DNA from: Malacoraja senta
Lineage: Eukaryota
DNA length: 64,000 nucleotides
Assembly: GCA_038087875.1 (NCBI GenBank)
Contig: JAXLNO010000356.1
Span: 62,001-126,000 of the forward strand
Direction of reading: 5' to 3'
The notes below the pieces were generated by a model. It worked only from the letters and a program-made list of their open reading frames with translations. It made no database searches and was not told the origin of the DNA. Position numbers and translations under genes: made by a program. Positions 1 to 12,724 of this stretch are shown piece by piece (the stretch's first letter is position 1; the number at the start of each line of letters is the position of its first letter).

Positions 1-37
1 TCTAATGATGGCCAGATATTGAAGAGTGGAAGTGTTC

Positions 38-690
38 ACAAGTTCACGTTATAGGAGTAGAATTAGGTCATTCGGCCCATGCCCATCGAGTCTACTCCGC
101 CATTCAATCATCGCTGATCTCAGCCTCCTAATCCCAATTTCTTGCCTTCTCCCCATAACCCTTGTCACCCGTTCTAATCAAGAATTTGTCTATCTCTGCC
201 TTAAAGATATCCACTGACTTGGCCTCCACAGCCCTCTGTGGCAATGAGTTCCACAGATTAACTACCCTCTGACAAAAGAAGTTCCTCCTCGTCTCCTTTA
301 TAAAAGTGCGCCCTTTAATTCTGAGGCTATGACCTCTAGTCCTAGACTCTCCCACCAGTGGAAACATCTTTTCCACATCTACTCTATCTATGCCTTTCAA
401 TATTCTGTAAGTTTCAATGAGGTCCCCCCCTCAACCTTTTAAACTTCAGCGAGTAGAGGCCCTGTGCTGTATAAATGCTCATCATATGCTGACCCACTCA
501 TTCCTGGAATCATTCTTGTATACCTCCTCTGGATCCTCTCCAGAGCCAGCATATCCTTCCTCAGATATGGGGCCCAAATTTGCTCGCAGTACTCCAAATG
601 TGGCCTGACCAGCGCCTTATAGAGCCTCTGCATTACATCTCTGTTTTTGTACTGCAGTCCTCTTGATATAAATGTTAGCATTGAATTTGA
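38..690 (-). mobile_element. CR1 LINE 3' fragment (ORF2 C-terminus + 3' UTR)
   Basis: Minus ORFs give 'LYKALVRPHLEYCEQIWAPYLRKD' and 'RTRGHSLRIKG...QRVVNLWNSLPQ', typical of the CR1 ORF2 C-terminus. Confidence 0.9.
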
Positions 691-842
691 CTCTCCTTTC
701 ACATCAAGTGGTTCAGATAGAACATAATCTGCGTTTTCTTTAGCAGGATTTTGTTTTCTTGCTGACAGTGATTTTAGAACGGTATTCTTTATTCAATATC
801 ACTTCTTTATTACTTCCTTTCAATATGATAACCTCCAATTGC

Positions 843-1110
843 GCGGCACGGTGGCGCAGCGGTAGAGTTGTGGCCTTAGAGCGCCAGAGACCCGGTTTTG
901 ATCCTGATTATGGGTGCATTCTGTACGTAGTTTGTACGTTCTCCCCGTGTTCTGCATGGGTTTTCTCCGAATGCTCCTGTTTCCTCCCGAAGACGTGCAG
1001 GTTTGTAGGTTAATTGGCTTTGGCAAATTGTAAACTGTCCCTAGAGCATGTATGGGAATCGCTGGTTGGCGCCGACTCAGTGGGCCAAATGCCCGATGCT
1101 TCCGCCCTAT
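843..1110 (+). mobile_element. tRNA-derived V-SINE (HE1-like)
   Basis: A-box-like GGTGGCGCAGCGG, B-box-like GGTTTTGATCC, V-domain-like TTCTCCCCGTG..TGGGTTTTCTCC; homologous to other copies in the window. Confidence 0.8.
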
Positions 1111-1426
1111 GCTCTCTGCTTGGTCATTGCTTTTAGAAAGTATCCTTCGACATTGTCTCTCCTTATCCTTCCCTGCAAAAATGCTTCATCTCTCATTTCT
1201 TTGCATTAAATGTTGAGTGCCATTTTATCAGCCTGTTTGTATCTTGCTGCAAACTATCACTATCCTTTTTTGCAATTCTCAATACTGCAGGTTTTGTGGC
1301 ATCTGCTAATTGAGAGATTGCGGCGTGCATCCCGAAATCCAGATCATCCAAAAAGATGTAAAAAATGCATAGACCTTACACCAATCCCTGGGGAATGTCA
1401 TTTTTTTCCGCTTCTCTTGCTCCGTA

Positions 1427-1990
1427 GTGGGTGGCACAATGGCTCAGCTGGTTGAGCTGCTGCCTGGCAGCACCAGAGACCCAGGTTAATTCATGACCTC
1501 GGGTGCGGCCGATGTAGAATATGCATGTTTACCCTCTGACTGTGTAGGTTTCCTCCTGATGCTCTGGTTTCCTCCCACGTCCCAAAGATGTGCAGGGTGG
1601 TTAATTCCCCTCTGTAAGTTGCCCCTAGTGTGCAAGTGAATGGAAAATCTGAGAAGATTTGATGAGAAAGTGATGAGAACAAAAAGATTGTGGCCCTTCG
1701 GCCTACAATGTTTGTGCTGAACATGATGTTCAGTGAAATTGATTTCATCTGCCTGTACATGATCAATATCCCTCTATTCCCAGCACTTTCATTTGTCTAA
1801 AAGCCTCTTAAACACCACAATCGCATCTGTCTCCACCACCACCCCTGGCAGTACGTCTCTTTCCACACCACTCTCTATGAAAAAACCACGCCCCGCGCAT
1901 ATCCATTAAACTTTCCCCCCTTACCTTAATGTAGGATTAGTGTAAATGTGTGGTTGATGGTTGCAGTGCACCTGTTTCTCTCTGTGATTC
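1427..1990 (+). mobile_element. V-SINE interrupted by a minus-strand CR1 3' fragment (~1675-1925)
   Basis: Degenerate tRNA head GGCACAATGGCTCAGCTGG, V-domain-like core, SINE tail resumes near 1930. Confidence 0.6.
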
Positions 1991-2184
1991 TATCATTTTA
2001 TAAAAAATGACATTCATTCACCATGATCCTCTGTTAACTTTTTTTGGCCAAATCGTATCTATGCTGTTAATGTCTCATTTATGTCACATGCTTCAACTCT
2101 GCTGATAAGGCTGTTTTGTGGCACCTAATCAAAAACTTTGTACACCAAATCTGCTGCAATACCCTCATTCAATGTTTCCAATAC

Positions 2185-3830
2185 CTCAGCAAGGCATTTA
2201 ATAAGATGGCCAGCAGCTCTGGAAGGTTAGATCGCATGGGATTGAGAGAAAGGGCAAGCTACTGGATAGAGAATTGGTTTCATGGAAGGAAGCAGAGGTT
2301 GGTGGTGGAAAATTGCTTTTTGGACTGGAGACCTGTGACGAGTGATGTGCCTCAGGGATCAGTGCTGGGTCAATCACTGTTTGTGGTTTATATCAATGAT
2401 TTGGATGAGAATGTAGATGGCATGTAAGATTGCAGATGACACTACAAAAAAATGGCAACAGAATCTTGATCAGTTGGGAAGTGGGCTGAGGAGTGAGTTA
2501 ATGCAGTTTAATACAGATAAGTGCGAGATGTTGCATTTGGGAAGTCAAACCAGGGCTGGATCTTCCCGGTGCAGGGCAGGGGCCAGGGGAGTAGAGCAGA
2601 GGGATTTCGCACATACATCGTTCCTTGAAAGCGGCATCACAGATAGATAGGGTGGTCAAGAAGGCTTTTCATACAGTGGCTTTTGACAGGGCGGGTGAAT
2701 CCATGGAATTCTTTGCCACAGAAGGCTGTGGAGGCAAAGTCAGTGGATATATCTAAGGCAGAGATGGATAGATTCTTGACTCGTCACGGTGGCGCAGCGG
2801 TAGAATTGCTGCCTTACAGCGAATGCAGCGCTGGAGACCTGGGTTCGATCCCAATTACGAGTGCTGTCTGAATGGAGTTTGTACGTTTTCTTCGAAATCT
2901 TCGGTTTCCTCCCTCATTCCAAAGATGTACAGGTCTGTTGGTTAATTGGCTTGGTAAATGTAAAAATTGTCCCTAGTGGGTGTAGGATAGTGTTAATGTG
3001 CGGGGATCACTGGTCGGCGCGGACCCGGTGGGTCGAAGGGCCTGTTTCCGTGCTGTGTTTCTAAACTAAACTTAGTGCGGGTGTCAGAGGTTTTGAGGAG
3101 AAGGCAGGAGAATGGGGTTAGGAGGGAGAGATAGATCAGCCATGATTGAATGGCAGACTTGATGGGCCGAATGGCCTAATTCTACTCCTATCACTTATGA
3201 TCTTATGATATATTGGCCATCAGCCAGGGTATTGAATATGGAAGTTGGGATGTTATGTTGCAGTTGTACAAGGTGTTGGTGAGGCCAAATTTTGAGTGTT
3301 GTATTCTGATTTGATCACCTTGCTATAGGACGGATGTGTTAAGCTGGAAAGAGTGCAGAGAATATTAACGAGGATGTTGCCAGGACTTGAGGGCCTGAGC
3401 TATAGAGAGAGGTTGAGCAGACTCTGACTTTATTTGTTAGAATGCAGGAGGATGAGGGGTGATCTTATGGAAGTGTATAAGATCATGAGGGCAAAATAGA
3501 AAGGGTGATTGCACTGAATCTTTTACCCAGAGTAGGGGAATCAAGAACCAGAGGACATAAGTTTATGGTGAGATGGGAAAAATTTAATAGGAACCTGCGG
3601 GGTGATTATTTTTCATGTAGAGGGTGGTAGGTATAGGGAACGAGCTGCCAGAGGAGGTAGTTGAGGCAGGCATTGTAACAACATTCAAAATACATTTGGA
3701 CAGGTTCATGAATAGGAAAGGTTTAGAGGGAAGTGGGCAAACGTTGGCAAGTAGGACTAGTGTAGATGGAGCATCTTGGTCAGCATGTGCAGGTTGGGCC
3801 AAAGGGCCTGTTTTTGTGCTATATGACTGA
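2185..3830 (+). mobile_element. Decayed CR1 RT fragment containing a second CR1 3' fragment (~2684-3210) and a V-SINE
   Basis: ORF with '[29 protein letters not shown]'; outer CR1 resumes near 3215 and ends 'NELPEEVVEAG'. Confidence 0.85.
2783..3070 (+). mobile_element. V-SINE (HE1-like)
   Basis: GGTGGCGCAGCGG head, GGTTCGATCC B-box, CR1-like tail GGGCCTGTTTCCGTGCTG, (CTAAA)n end. Confidence 0.85.
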
Positions 3831-4090
3831 CTCACTTCTTTATGAGTTGCATAGTTGCATTTCTGAGGCTTTTAGATAGGCACATGGAAGTGCTAGGAAT
3901 ATGGATCATGTACAGGCAGATGAGATCAGTTTAACTTGCCATCGTGTTCAGCACAATCATTGTGGGCCAAAGGGCCTGTTCCTGTGCTGTATTGTTCTAC
4001 GTTCTAAATACAAATTTAATACCTGAACGCTGCCCTCAGCATCCGTGTACTTTCTCCTTTTGACGTTGAAATGCTCCACTAACCTGTTAC

Positions 4091-4298
4091 TAGACAATAG
4101 ACAATAGGTGCAGGAGTAGGCCATTCGGCCCTTTGAGCCAGCAACATTCAATATGATTATGGCTGATCATCCCCAATCAGTACCCCGTTCCTGCCTTCTC
4201 CCCATATCCCTTGACTCCGCTATCTTTAAGAGCCCTATCCAGCTCTCTCTTGAAAGTATCCAGAGAACCGGCCTCCACCGCCCTCCACCGCCCTCTAC
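4091..4298 (-). mobile_element. CR1 3' fragment with (AGACAAT)n tail on +
   Basis: AGACAATAGACAATAGGTGCAGGAGTAGGCC is the reverse complement of the CR1 3' ends at ~45290 and ~57500. Confidence 0.8.
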
Positions 4299-5927
4299 CA
4301 TTTGCATGCCTTTAGGGTATTTCTGGATTCCTCGTTATTTTGGCAGCTAATCTTTTATCGTACACTCTCTTTGGCTCTCTTACTGCAATTTTCAATTTGC
4401 CTCGGGTTTTTTTGTAATCAGGCTCGATCTTGCTTGTATTTACAGCCTGACATTTACCACATGCAACCTTTTGCTTTTGCTCTATCCTCCTCTGTATATA
4501 TTTATCATCCAGGGAGCTCTGGATCTGCTTGTTCTTTCTTCGCTTCTCATGGGAATTTGCTTTAACTGTACCTGAACCATCTTTCTAAAGGCAGCTTATT
4601 GTTTTCTTACAGCTTTGCCTGTCAACCTTTGCTTCCAAATTCACTACCGTCTTATAGAAAGTGCCTCCCTCTTCATTTTTTAAATTTAGATTGCTGAATT
4701 GCCTTTTTTAAAATATAATGTTTGCATGTTTTCACTGTGACTATTGGGTGCATAGGATACCTTGCACATCTGAAAGGAAGGGTCGGTCATTGCTCCGAAG
4801 ATAGACACAAAATGTTGGAGTAACTCAGCGGGTCAGGCAGCATCTCTGGAGAAATGAAATCGGGTTGGAGCCCTTCTTCAGACCCTCATTGTCATTGCTC
4901 CGACTCTTTTCCCAATGTTTCCTTTCCAATATTGCACCTCACTTCCAATATGCTTCCCACGAGAGTGGCGTTCATCTAAAGAACAAACGGAAATTGTTCA
5001 ACCCTCATCAGGCCCCATTCTTAGTCACGTGTGTGACCAAAAAGATGAAAAATTGTGGAATTCATCTAATTCTGAAAGCATTACAGGTATATTGTTTTGT
5101 ACTGCATATATGATTCATATTTTGTTCGGTTTATCAAGTGAAATTTTTATGTTATGCTGACGATGTTTGTTTAGGGTCAGAGGTCAAATATGACTGATCA
5201 CGTGTGGCATCACACGGAAGCATTTTACAAACTCAGTGAATTTTAAAAAGCTAGAATGTTCATGTCTTTAGCAGACATGCCATAGTTCTGCAGGTAGGAA
5301 AGTAGCAATGAATAAGATGAATCTCTTGCAAGAATTTTTGAATGCATTACTTTGTGATGACATCTGGGCACGTGTGTGACATATTGATTCACTTTCCAAA
5401 GAATGGGCCATCACCTCCATCCCAGAGCACTGGTAACTTTGGCCTCGGCCACTGGGCTGCAGTCCAGGGGTGATATTTGTGTACCTGCACATTAGCTGGA
5501 AAATCCCTGGGTCATCTTTGATTTGTGCACTGAATATCTGTAAAACAACGGCGCTCTGCCAAGTTGCTCTTGCGGCACAACACAGTCCCTTGCTATACAA
5601 GGTCGATGACAAGATCATATAAAATGTGAGTTGCATTTCTTTGGGATCCACTATCTCAGCCAAAGGAAACATCAATAATAAAATCACTGCCGTCTCTCAT
5701 GTTCCAACACAGCCTCTGGCCAACTAAAGTAAAGACAGATTGGAGGTGAAAATTTTGAACCTGGCACTAAGGCCATGGTCAACCAGGCAGAAGTTATCCT
5801 GTTCTCATGTGGACTGATGACGTGGGTTACCTACAGCAGCATCTCCAAGCCTGTATTTACCTGCTGTGGGCTTACATGAACTGGGGTTTTCTTTTACCGC
5901 AGAAATTCATCTACCTTGAAGAAGTTT

Positions 5928-6590
5928 AGAAACATAGAACATAGAAAAATAGGTGCAGGAGTAGGCCATTCGGCCCTTCGAGCCAGCACTGCCATTCAAT
6001 ATGATCATGGCTGACCATCTAAAATCAGTACCCCGCTCCTGCTTTTTCCCCATATGCCTTGATTCCTTTAGCCCTAAGAGCTAAATCTAACTCACTCTTG
6101 AATACATCCAATGAATTGGCCTCTGCTGCCTTCTGCGGCAGAGAATTCCACAGATTCACAACTCTCTGGGTGAAAAGGATTTTCCTCATGGCCTACCCCT
6201 TATTCTTAAACTGTGACCCCCTGGTTCTGGACTCCCACAACATAGGAACAATTTTCCTGCATCTAGCTTCTCCAGTCTTTTAAGAAGTTTATATGTTTCT
6301 ATATGTTTGATTTAGATTAAGATTTATTTTTAAGGTGAGGGGGGGGGGGTGGGAGATTTTAAACACTTTTTCTCGCAGAGGGTGGTGGGTGTATGGGACG
6401 AGGAGGAGGTAGTTGAGGCAGGGACTATCGCAATGTTTAAGAAGCACTTAGACAGGTACATGGATAGGACAGGTTTAGAGGGATACAGGCCAAACACAGG
6501 CATGTGGGACTAGTGTAGGTGGGACATGTTGGCCAATGTGGGCAAGTTGGGCCAAAGGGCCTGTTCCCACACCGTAAGTCACTGACTCTA
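5928..6590. mobile_element. Two CR1 3' fragments in opposite orientation (- 5928-6310; + ~6330-6590)
   Basis: (AGAAACAT)n tail with CR1 3' UTR; second piece matches the 3' end of the CR1 at 33810-34313. Confidence 0.75.
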
Positions 6591-8484
6591 ACTAATGGTT
6601 TACATTTGGTGAATATAAATAGAGCTAGAAGGTTAGTTATGCTCAGGGATATATTTAAAAGCAAGATCAGCCTGTGATGGGTGTCAAGAATTGTGCCTCT
6701 TTGCAGAGAACTTGGGACATGTGAATGAAACTTGTTATCAATATTAAAATAAGGGGGATGCGATGAACACTAAACCGGATCACTGATCTCCTGAAAATTG
6801 ATGAATCTGTTGAGAGGAGTTTCCCAGATATGTGTAATCCGCTCCCTTTCCCCTCCAACCCAATGCCACTAACTCGACTGAAAAGTTTGGTGTCTACCAT
6901 GCTGTACAGAAATTGTGTTGAATATGTGGTCCAGGTTTGATGGTCTTGTGGACCATTAGCTGGTTGGGAGAAAGGAAAAGAAAGTGAAGATTTCAGGGAG
7001 TCGGGTTGAGGATGGTGGCATCTGCTTCAGGCTTTTTCTACCCAATGGTGGTGGTGTTTCGATCGGGGAGGGAGCCAAAATATCATCTATCCATGTTCCC
7101 CAGAGATGCTGCCTGACCAGCTGAGTTACTCCAGCACTTTGTGTGTTTTCTTTTGTAAACCAGCATCTGCAGATCCGTGTTTCTATATTCAATGAATCAA
7201 ATTGTGTTGAGCAGAAATTTCGGAGCAAAGTAGTTATATGGTGAAGGAAGCCCGAGTAATTGGGAGAGGGGCAGAAATGAAGTTGCTTTATGCTTCATTA
7301 TAAATGCCCCCTTGAGATTATTGGTAACTGGTCATTGTCATGCCATGCACCTGATGCACTTGCATGATAGGTAAGTAGTTAAAGAAAAGCTGAACAGGAA
7401 ATGGCAATAGTCTAAGAAAAATCTGAGGAATTACATTATTGTCCTTTGATATGTGCAAAATAATCCATTAGTTACTATATTTGTGTAGGGAGGATGCTGG
7501 TTTATATTGAAGATCAACACAAAATGCTGGAGGAACTCAGCGAGACAGGCAGCATCTCTGGATAGAAGGAATGGGTCTGCTAACTCCAGCATTGTGTGTC
7601 TAGTTATATTATATTTGCTGAACAAAGTTAATTTTGTACAGTGGGATTTGAGAAATGTGGAGGCATGTAATATGAATGCCAATGTTATATTTTTATCAAT
7701 AGATGCAAAAATCCATAGTGTTGCAAATTGTTAATACCTTCACAGGTCTGCGAAAGAATTATAAAATTAATGGGGGGGGGGGGGGGGGGTTACCCTCTGT
7801 TAGCTTTCTGCCTTGCCATATGCTTTGCAATTTAAAAAGTAGTTTTCAATTCACTTGGATCATTATATATTTGTTGCAATTACACATTTTAATTGAAATG
7901 TGGTCATAATCCTGTAATTTAAGGTTTGGAACAACCTACTCAGTGTTTCATGGTGCTGTTTAAATCCACTAATAATACAGCAAACCATTTACTTGCAGAT
8001 GTTTGTCTGCAATGTAACAGGCCAGTGTCAATTGAGCAAAGATTAATTCTGTGATGATGTCTTAGTAATTACATTTCTTTCAATCAAAACCATTTCAGCT
8101 TTGGTTTTATCTCTGTTTAACATTTGGTTCAATTTTAAATCCAGAATTAAATGTTGTAATGTGCTTTTACAATTTGGATGCTACTTGTACTGCATTGATA
8201 CCATTTCTCATAACCTTTATGGCACTTGAACATCTGGATCAAGCTGTGGAAACAGAAATGCAGGAAATAGTCAATCAACGGTGGAGGGAGAAACAGGATA
8301 CAATGACCTTCGATCATACCTATTGATGTTGGTATTGTTTTATTATTCTCATGAATATGCAGTGAAAAGTTTCATTTGCATGTTATCGGGCAAATCCTAC
8401 TATGTGTGAGAAGAGGCAAGGCCATACAACGGGTGGTGCAAAAAGAAAAATAACCAGAGTGCAAAATATAGTGTTGCAGCTCGT

Positions 8485-8905
8485 AAGTTATAGGAGCAGA
8501 ATTAGGCCATTCGGCCCATCAAGTCTACTTTACCATTCAATCATGGCTGATCTATCTTTCCCTCGCAACCCCATTATCGTGCCTTCTCCCCAAAATCCCT
8601 GACATCCGTAATCATCAAGAACCTGTGTCAATCTCAGCTGTAAAAATATCAATTGATTTGGCCTCCACAGCTCTCTGTGGCAAGGAACTCCATCGATAAA
8701 GTGCAGATAAAATAAATGCAAGAATCACAAGCAATGAGGTAGGTTGGGGGATCGGGATAACACCCTTCAGTCTGTTCAGTAGTCTGATAACAGCGGGGAG
8801 GAAGTGTTTTCTGAATCTGGTGGTATGTGCTTTCAAGCTTTTCTATCTTCTGCCTGACGGGAGAGGAGAGAAGAGGGAATGTCCGGGTGTAAGTGATCCT
8901 TGTTT
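8485..8905 (-). mobile_element. CR1 3' fragment abutting a Rex1-like 3' fragment
   Basis: CR1 3' UTR at 8485-8690; 'KAHTTRFRKHFLPAVIRLLN' is a Rex1-type RT C-terminus. Confidence 0.7.
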
Positions 8906-9456
8906 CGGTTGGCAACTTTCCTAATGGTGGAAATAAGAGACAAAGGTAAAGGGAAAGAAACAAAAAGGTAAATGCATTACAAAGTGGAAAGCAAGAGCAG
9001 ATAAATGACAAAAGGGACACTGATGCGAAGCACTTCTATGTTAGGAGTTTTCATTGTGCACTGTGGACCCTTTCTTCTGTCTAGGGTTGTGTTCCTATAT
9101 TCCAAGCACGATTAAAATGAAGGCCAAAATTATGCTTGAAAGTTTTGAGTTTTCTAAAGAAAATGCAGCTCTAAATTGTAGGTGATGATTTGAAGTTCTC
9201 ATGTTTTCCAATGTCTGTTCAATATGCTGTGTTCTGTGGCACAATGGGCCCTTCGCAGCAGATCCAATGTTGCCCTTGAGTCTTGTGTTTTGGGATCTAA
9301 GGATAGCTGCCAAGGTCCATTCTTATTTGTTCTTGAGGAGGGGGCGAGCCCCTTTCTTGATCCACTGTACTGGAGACACAAAAAAACACTTGATGGAATC
9401 TGGAGGAAAAAATACAAATTGCTGGAGGAACTCAGCTGTTCAAACAGCATCTGTGG

Positions 9457-10285
9457 AGTGAGATTGAGAACCTTGTGTCCTGGTGCCGAGACAACAACCT
9501 TTCTCTCAATGTCAGCAAGACAAAGGAGATTGTGATCGACTTCAGGAAGTGAAGCTGTACACGGACCCCAGTTTGCATTGACGGTGCTGAAGTAGAGATG
9601 GTTGAAAACTTCAATTTCCTAGCCGTCAATATCACCAATAAGTTCTCCTGGACCACCCATATTGAAGCAACGACCAAGAAAGCACACCAACACCTCTTCT
9701 TCCAGAAGGCTTAGGAAGTTCAGCATGTCCCCAACAACTCTCCTCAAATTCTACAGGTGCACCATAGAAAGCATTCTGTCAGGATGCATCGCAGCTTGGT
9801 TTGGGGACGGTTCCATCCAAGACTGCTGGAAATTGCAGCGAATTGTGGACGCAGCCCAGACCATCACACGAACCAACCTCCTTTCCATTGACTCCAATTA
9901 CACCTCACGCTGCCTCGGCAAGGCCAGCAGCATAACCAAGGACGAGTCGCACCCTGGCCATTCCTTCTCCCCTCTCCCATCAGGCAAAAGGTTTCAGAAG
10001 TGTGAAAACGCACACCACCTGATTCAGGGATAATTTCTTCCCAGCTGTTATCGGGCAACTGAACCATCCTACCGCTACTAGAGAACAGTCCTGAATTACG
10101 ACCTATCTTTTTGATTGGACTTTACTGGCTTTATCTTGCACTATACGTTATTCTCTGATCATGTATCTGGACACTGTGGCTCGATTGTAATCACGTATTG
10201 CCTTTCCGCTAACTGGTTAGCACGTAACAAAAGCTTTTCACTGTACCTCGGCACACGTGACAATAAACTAAACTAAACTGAACTG
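9457..10285 (+). mobile_element. Rex1/Babar-type LINE 3' part, disrupted
   Basis: Translates to 'WCRDNNLSLNVSKTKEIVIDFRK' and 'FYRCTIESILSGCIAAWFG'; AATAAA followed by (CTAAA)n. Confidence 0.85.
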
Positions 10286-10401
10286 ATATAGAAACCCTGT
10301 GTTTTGTTTTTTACTACCATTGTGCTGCCGGGGATGGTTTTCCAGGATTCGTATGTAGTCAATAGAAGTTTAGCATCAATGGTGACCCCCAGGAGGTTTA
10401 T

Positions 10402-10889
10402 AGGTACACAAAAATGCTGGAGAAACTCAGCGGGTGCAGCAGCATCTATGGAGCCAAGGAAATAGGCAAAGTTTCGGGCCGAAACCCTTCTTCAGATAAT
10501 CTTCTTTTATAATCTCCATCGCAGGTGATAGACTTCTGACCAACAATTTTTTAAAATATCAATAACTTCTCATTTGACTCCTCCCATTTCTTCCAAATAC
10601 AAGGCGTAGCTATGGGCGCACGCATGGGCCCCAGCTACGCCTGCCTCTTTGTCGGGTACGTCGAACAATCCTTGTTCGAGGCGTACCAGGGCCCCATCCC
10701 CGACCTCTACCTCCGCTACATCGACGATTGCTTTGGTGCCACCTCCTGCACCCACACACAACTGACTGACTTCATCCGCTTCACCACTAACTTCCATCCC
10801 GCACTCAAATACACCTGGCACTTCCCTACCATTCCTTGACCTCGCTATCTCCATCGCAGGTGATAGACTTCTGACCATCAATTTCACAA
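10402..10889. mobile_element. Rearranged Penelope-like insertion (inverted terminal repeat + RT core fragment)
   Basis: 'MGARMGPSYACLFVG...YLRYIDDCFG' is a PLE-type RT; flanked by a 14-bp direct repeat CCCAGGAGGTTTAT at 10388-10401 and 10890-10903. Confidence 0.85.
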
Positions 10890-11526
10890 CCCAGGAGGTT
10901 TATGGTGGGTGATTCAGTATTAGGTAATGCCATTGAACGTCAAGGTAACATGTTAACCTATTGTTGGAGATGGTCTTTCTCGTTCACAGAAGAATAATTC
11001 TAGGGCAGAATATTTGATCCACAATTTAACAGAGAGGGATCTCCCTGGACTCTTCAGTTCTCAAAAGTGTGCTAATGATCCTTTGCTGAAAAGTGAAAAG
11101 CCTTTCCTGACTGTTCCCCACTCTAAGGCTTCTAGTATATTTTGCAAAATCTTTGAAACAATTGTAATTGAGATTGTGTCTTGAAAGATAACACACATCT
11201 GACACGTGGTTTGCCCCAGTACCTCTCCAGTGGCTGCAATTGTTTTTTTGTTGCCTGGTTGGACGGATCGGATTGAGCTGGAAGCCTTTCTGGTAGAGCC
11301 ACCCTTGAGGCAAAGTGGGCTGCAAATGATGATCTGGAACTAGATCTCGGGTGGTGCATCCTGAAATCTCGATCGTGGTGGCCTTGTTGGCCTTTTGCAA
11401 AGGATTTTGAATTTTTTTTTAAGTTTAAAAAAAAAAAAAAAATCAGGAACATTGAAGAACAGTTAAGATAGATTTGAGTAATTAACTCATTGTATTTTTC
11501 CTCAAACAACAAGAAATTGATTAAAA

Positions 11527-11815
11527 GTTTAGTTTAGAGATACAGAGCAGAAACCGAGTCCGCGCCGACCAAGGATTCCAGCACATTAACACTATCTTAC
11601 ACACACCAGGGACAATTTACAATTATTTCAAGCCAATTAACCTACAAAGCTATACATCTTTGGAGTGTGGGAGGAAACTGGAGATCCCGGAGAAAAGCCA
11701 CGCAGGTCACAGGGAGAATGTACAATCTCCATACAGGCAGCACCCATAGTCAGGATCGAACCCGGGTCTCTGACGCTTTAAAGGCAGCAACTCTACCACT
11801 GCGCCAACTTGCCGG
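11527..11815 (-). mobile_element. V-SINE (HE1-like)
   Basis: Reverse complement of the 2783 copy, with (TTTAG)n tail and GGATCGAACC B-box on +. Confidence 0.85.
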
Positions 11816-11944
11816 CTTTAATTTAAAGTAAAATAAGAACAAAAAGGTAAAAGCAGATGTGTGGTTTTTCAGTGCATGTCAGTGACTCTATTTAGTTGAG
11901 TGCATTCATGTTACCTATGCCAACTATGGCAGCATAAAGCTGAG

Positions 11945-12552
11945 GGGCCAGATGTGACAGCCTACCTGGGGGTAGCAACAGTGGCCGGGCCTCCGGTACA
12001 GAGACCGGCCCTGTTGCTCAGAAGGGTAAGGAAAAGAAGAGGAGGGCATTAGTAATAGGGGACTCTATAGTTAGGGGGTCAGATAGACGATTCTGTGGAC
12101 GCAGTCATGAGACCCGGATGGTAGTTTGCCTCCCTGGTGCCAGGGTCTGGGATGTGTCTGAACGTGTCCAAGATATCCTGAAATGGGAGGGAGAGGAGCC
12201 CGAGGTCGTGGCACATATAGGTACCAATGATATAGGTAGAAAAAGAGAAGAGGTCCTGAAAGGAGAATTTAGGGAGTTAGGAGGAGAGTTAAGGAGAAGG
12301 ACCGCAAAGGTAACAATCTCGGGATTACTGCCTGTGCCACGCGACAGTGAGAGTAGGAATGGAGCGAGGTGGAGGATAAATGCGTGGCTGAAGGACTGGT
12401 GCAGAGGGCAGGGATTCAAGTTTCTGGATCATTGGGACCTCTTTTGTGGAAGGTGTGACCTATACAAAAAGGACGGGTTGCACTTGAACCCGAGGGGGAC
12501 CAATATCCTGGCGGGGAGATTTGCAAAGGCTACTGCGGTGACTTTAAACTAG
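11945..12552 (+). pseudogene. CR1 ORF1, SGNH/GDSL esterase domain (5'-truncated)
   Basis: IGDSIVRG upstream of the 12118 ORF, HIGTND and DGLH; esterase ORF1s are established in CR1/L2 clades. Confidence 0.9.
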
Positions 12553-12724
12553 AACGGTTGGGGGGAGGGACTCAAATAGAGAAAGCTAGTAGACAGTGTG
12601 TGAGGCAGGAGGCAGAGAAGGGAAGCACTCAGACCCAACATGTAGGGGGGGAAAGAAGAAAAATAAAATAAACAGAGAATAAGAGGTGGTGGGTCTCTTA
12701 AATGTGTGAGCAGAGGGGTGTAAA

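Noticed and set aside
2783..2860. tRNA-like sequence
   Set aside because: It is a SINE head that continues into the V-domain and LINE-like tail, not a tRNA gene
5268..5687. 139-aa minus-strand ORF
   Set aside because: No recognisable domain or convincing splice sites; length compatible with chance
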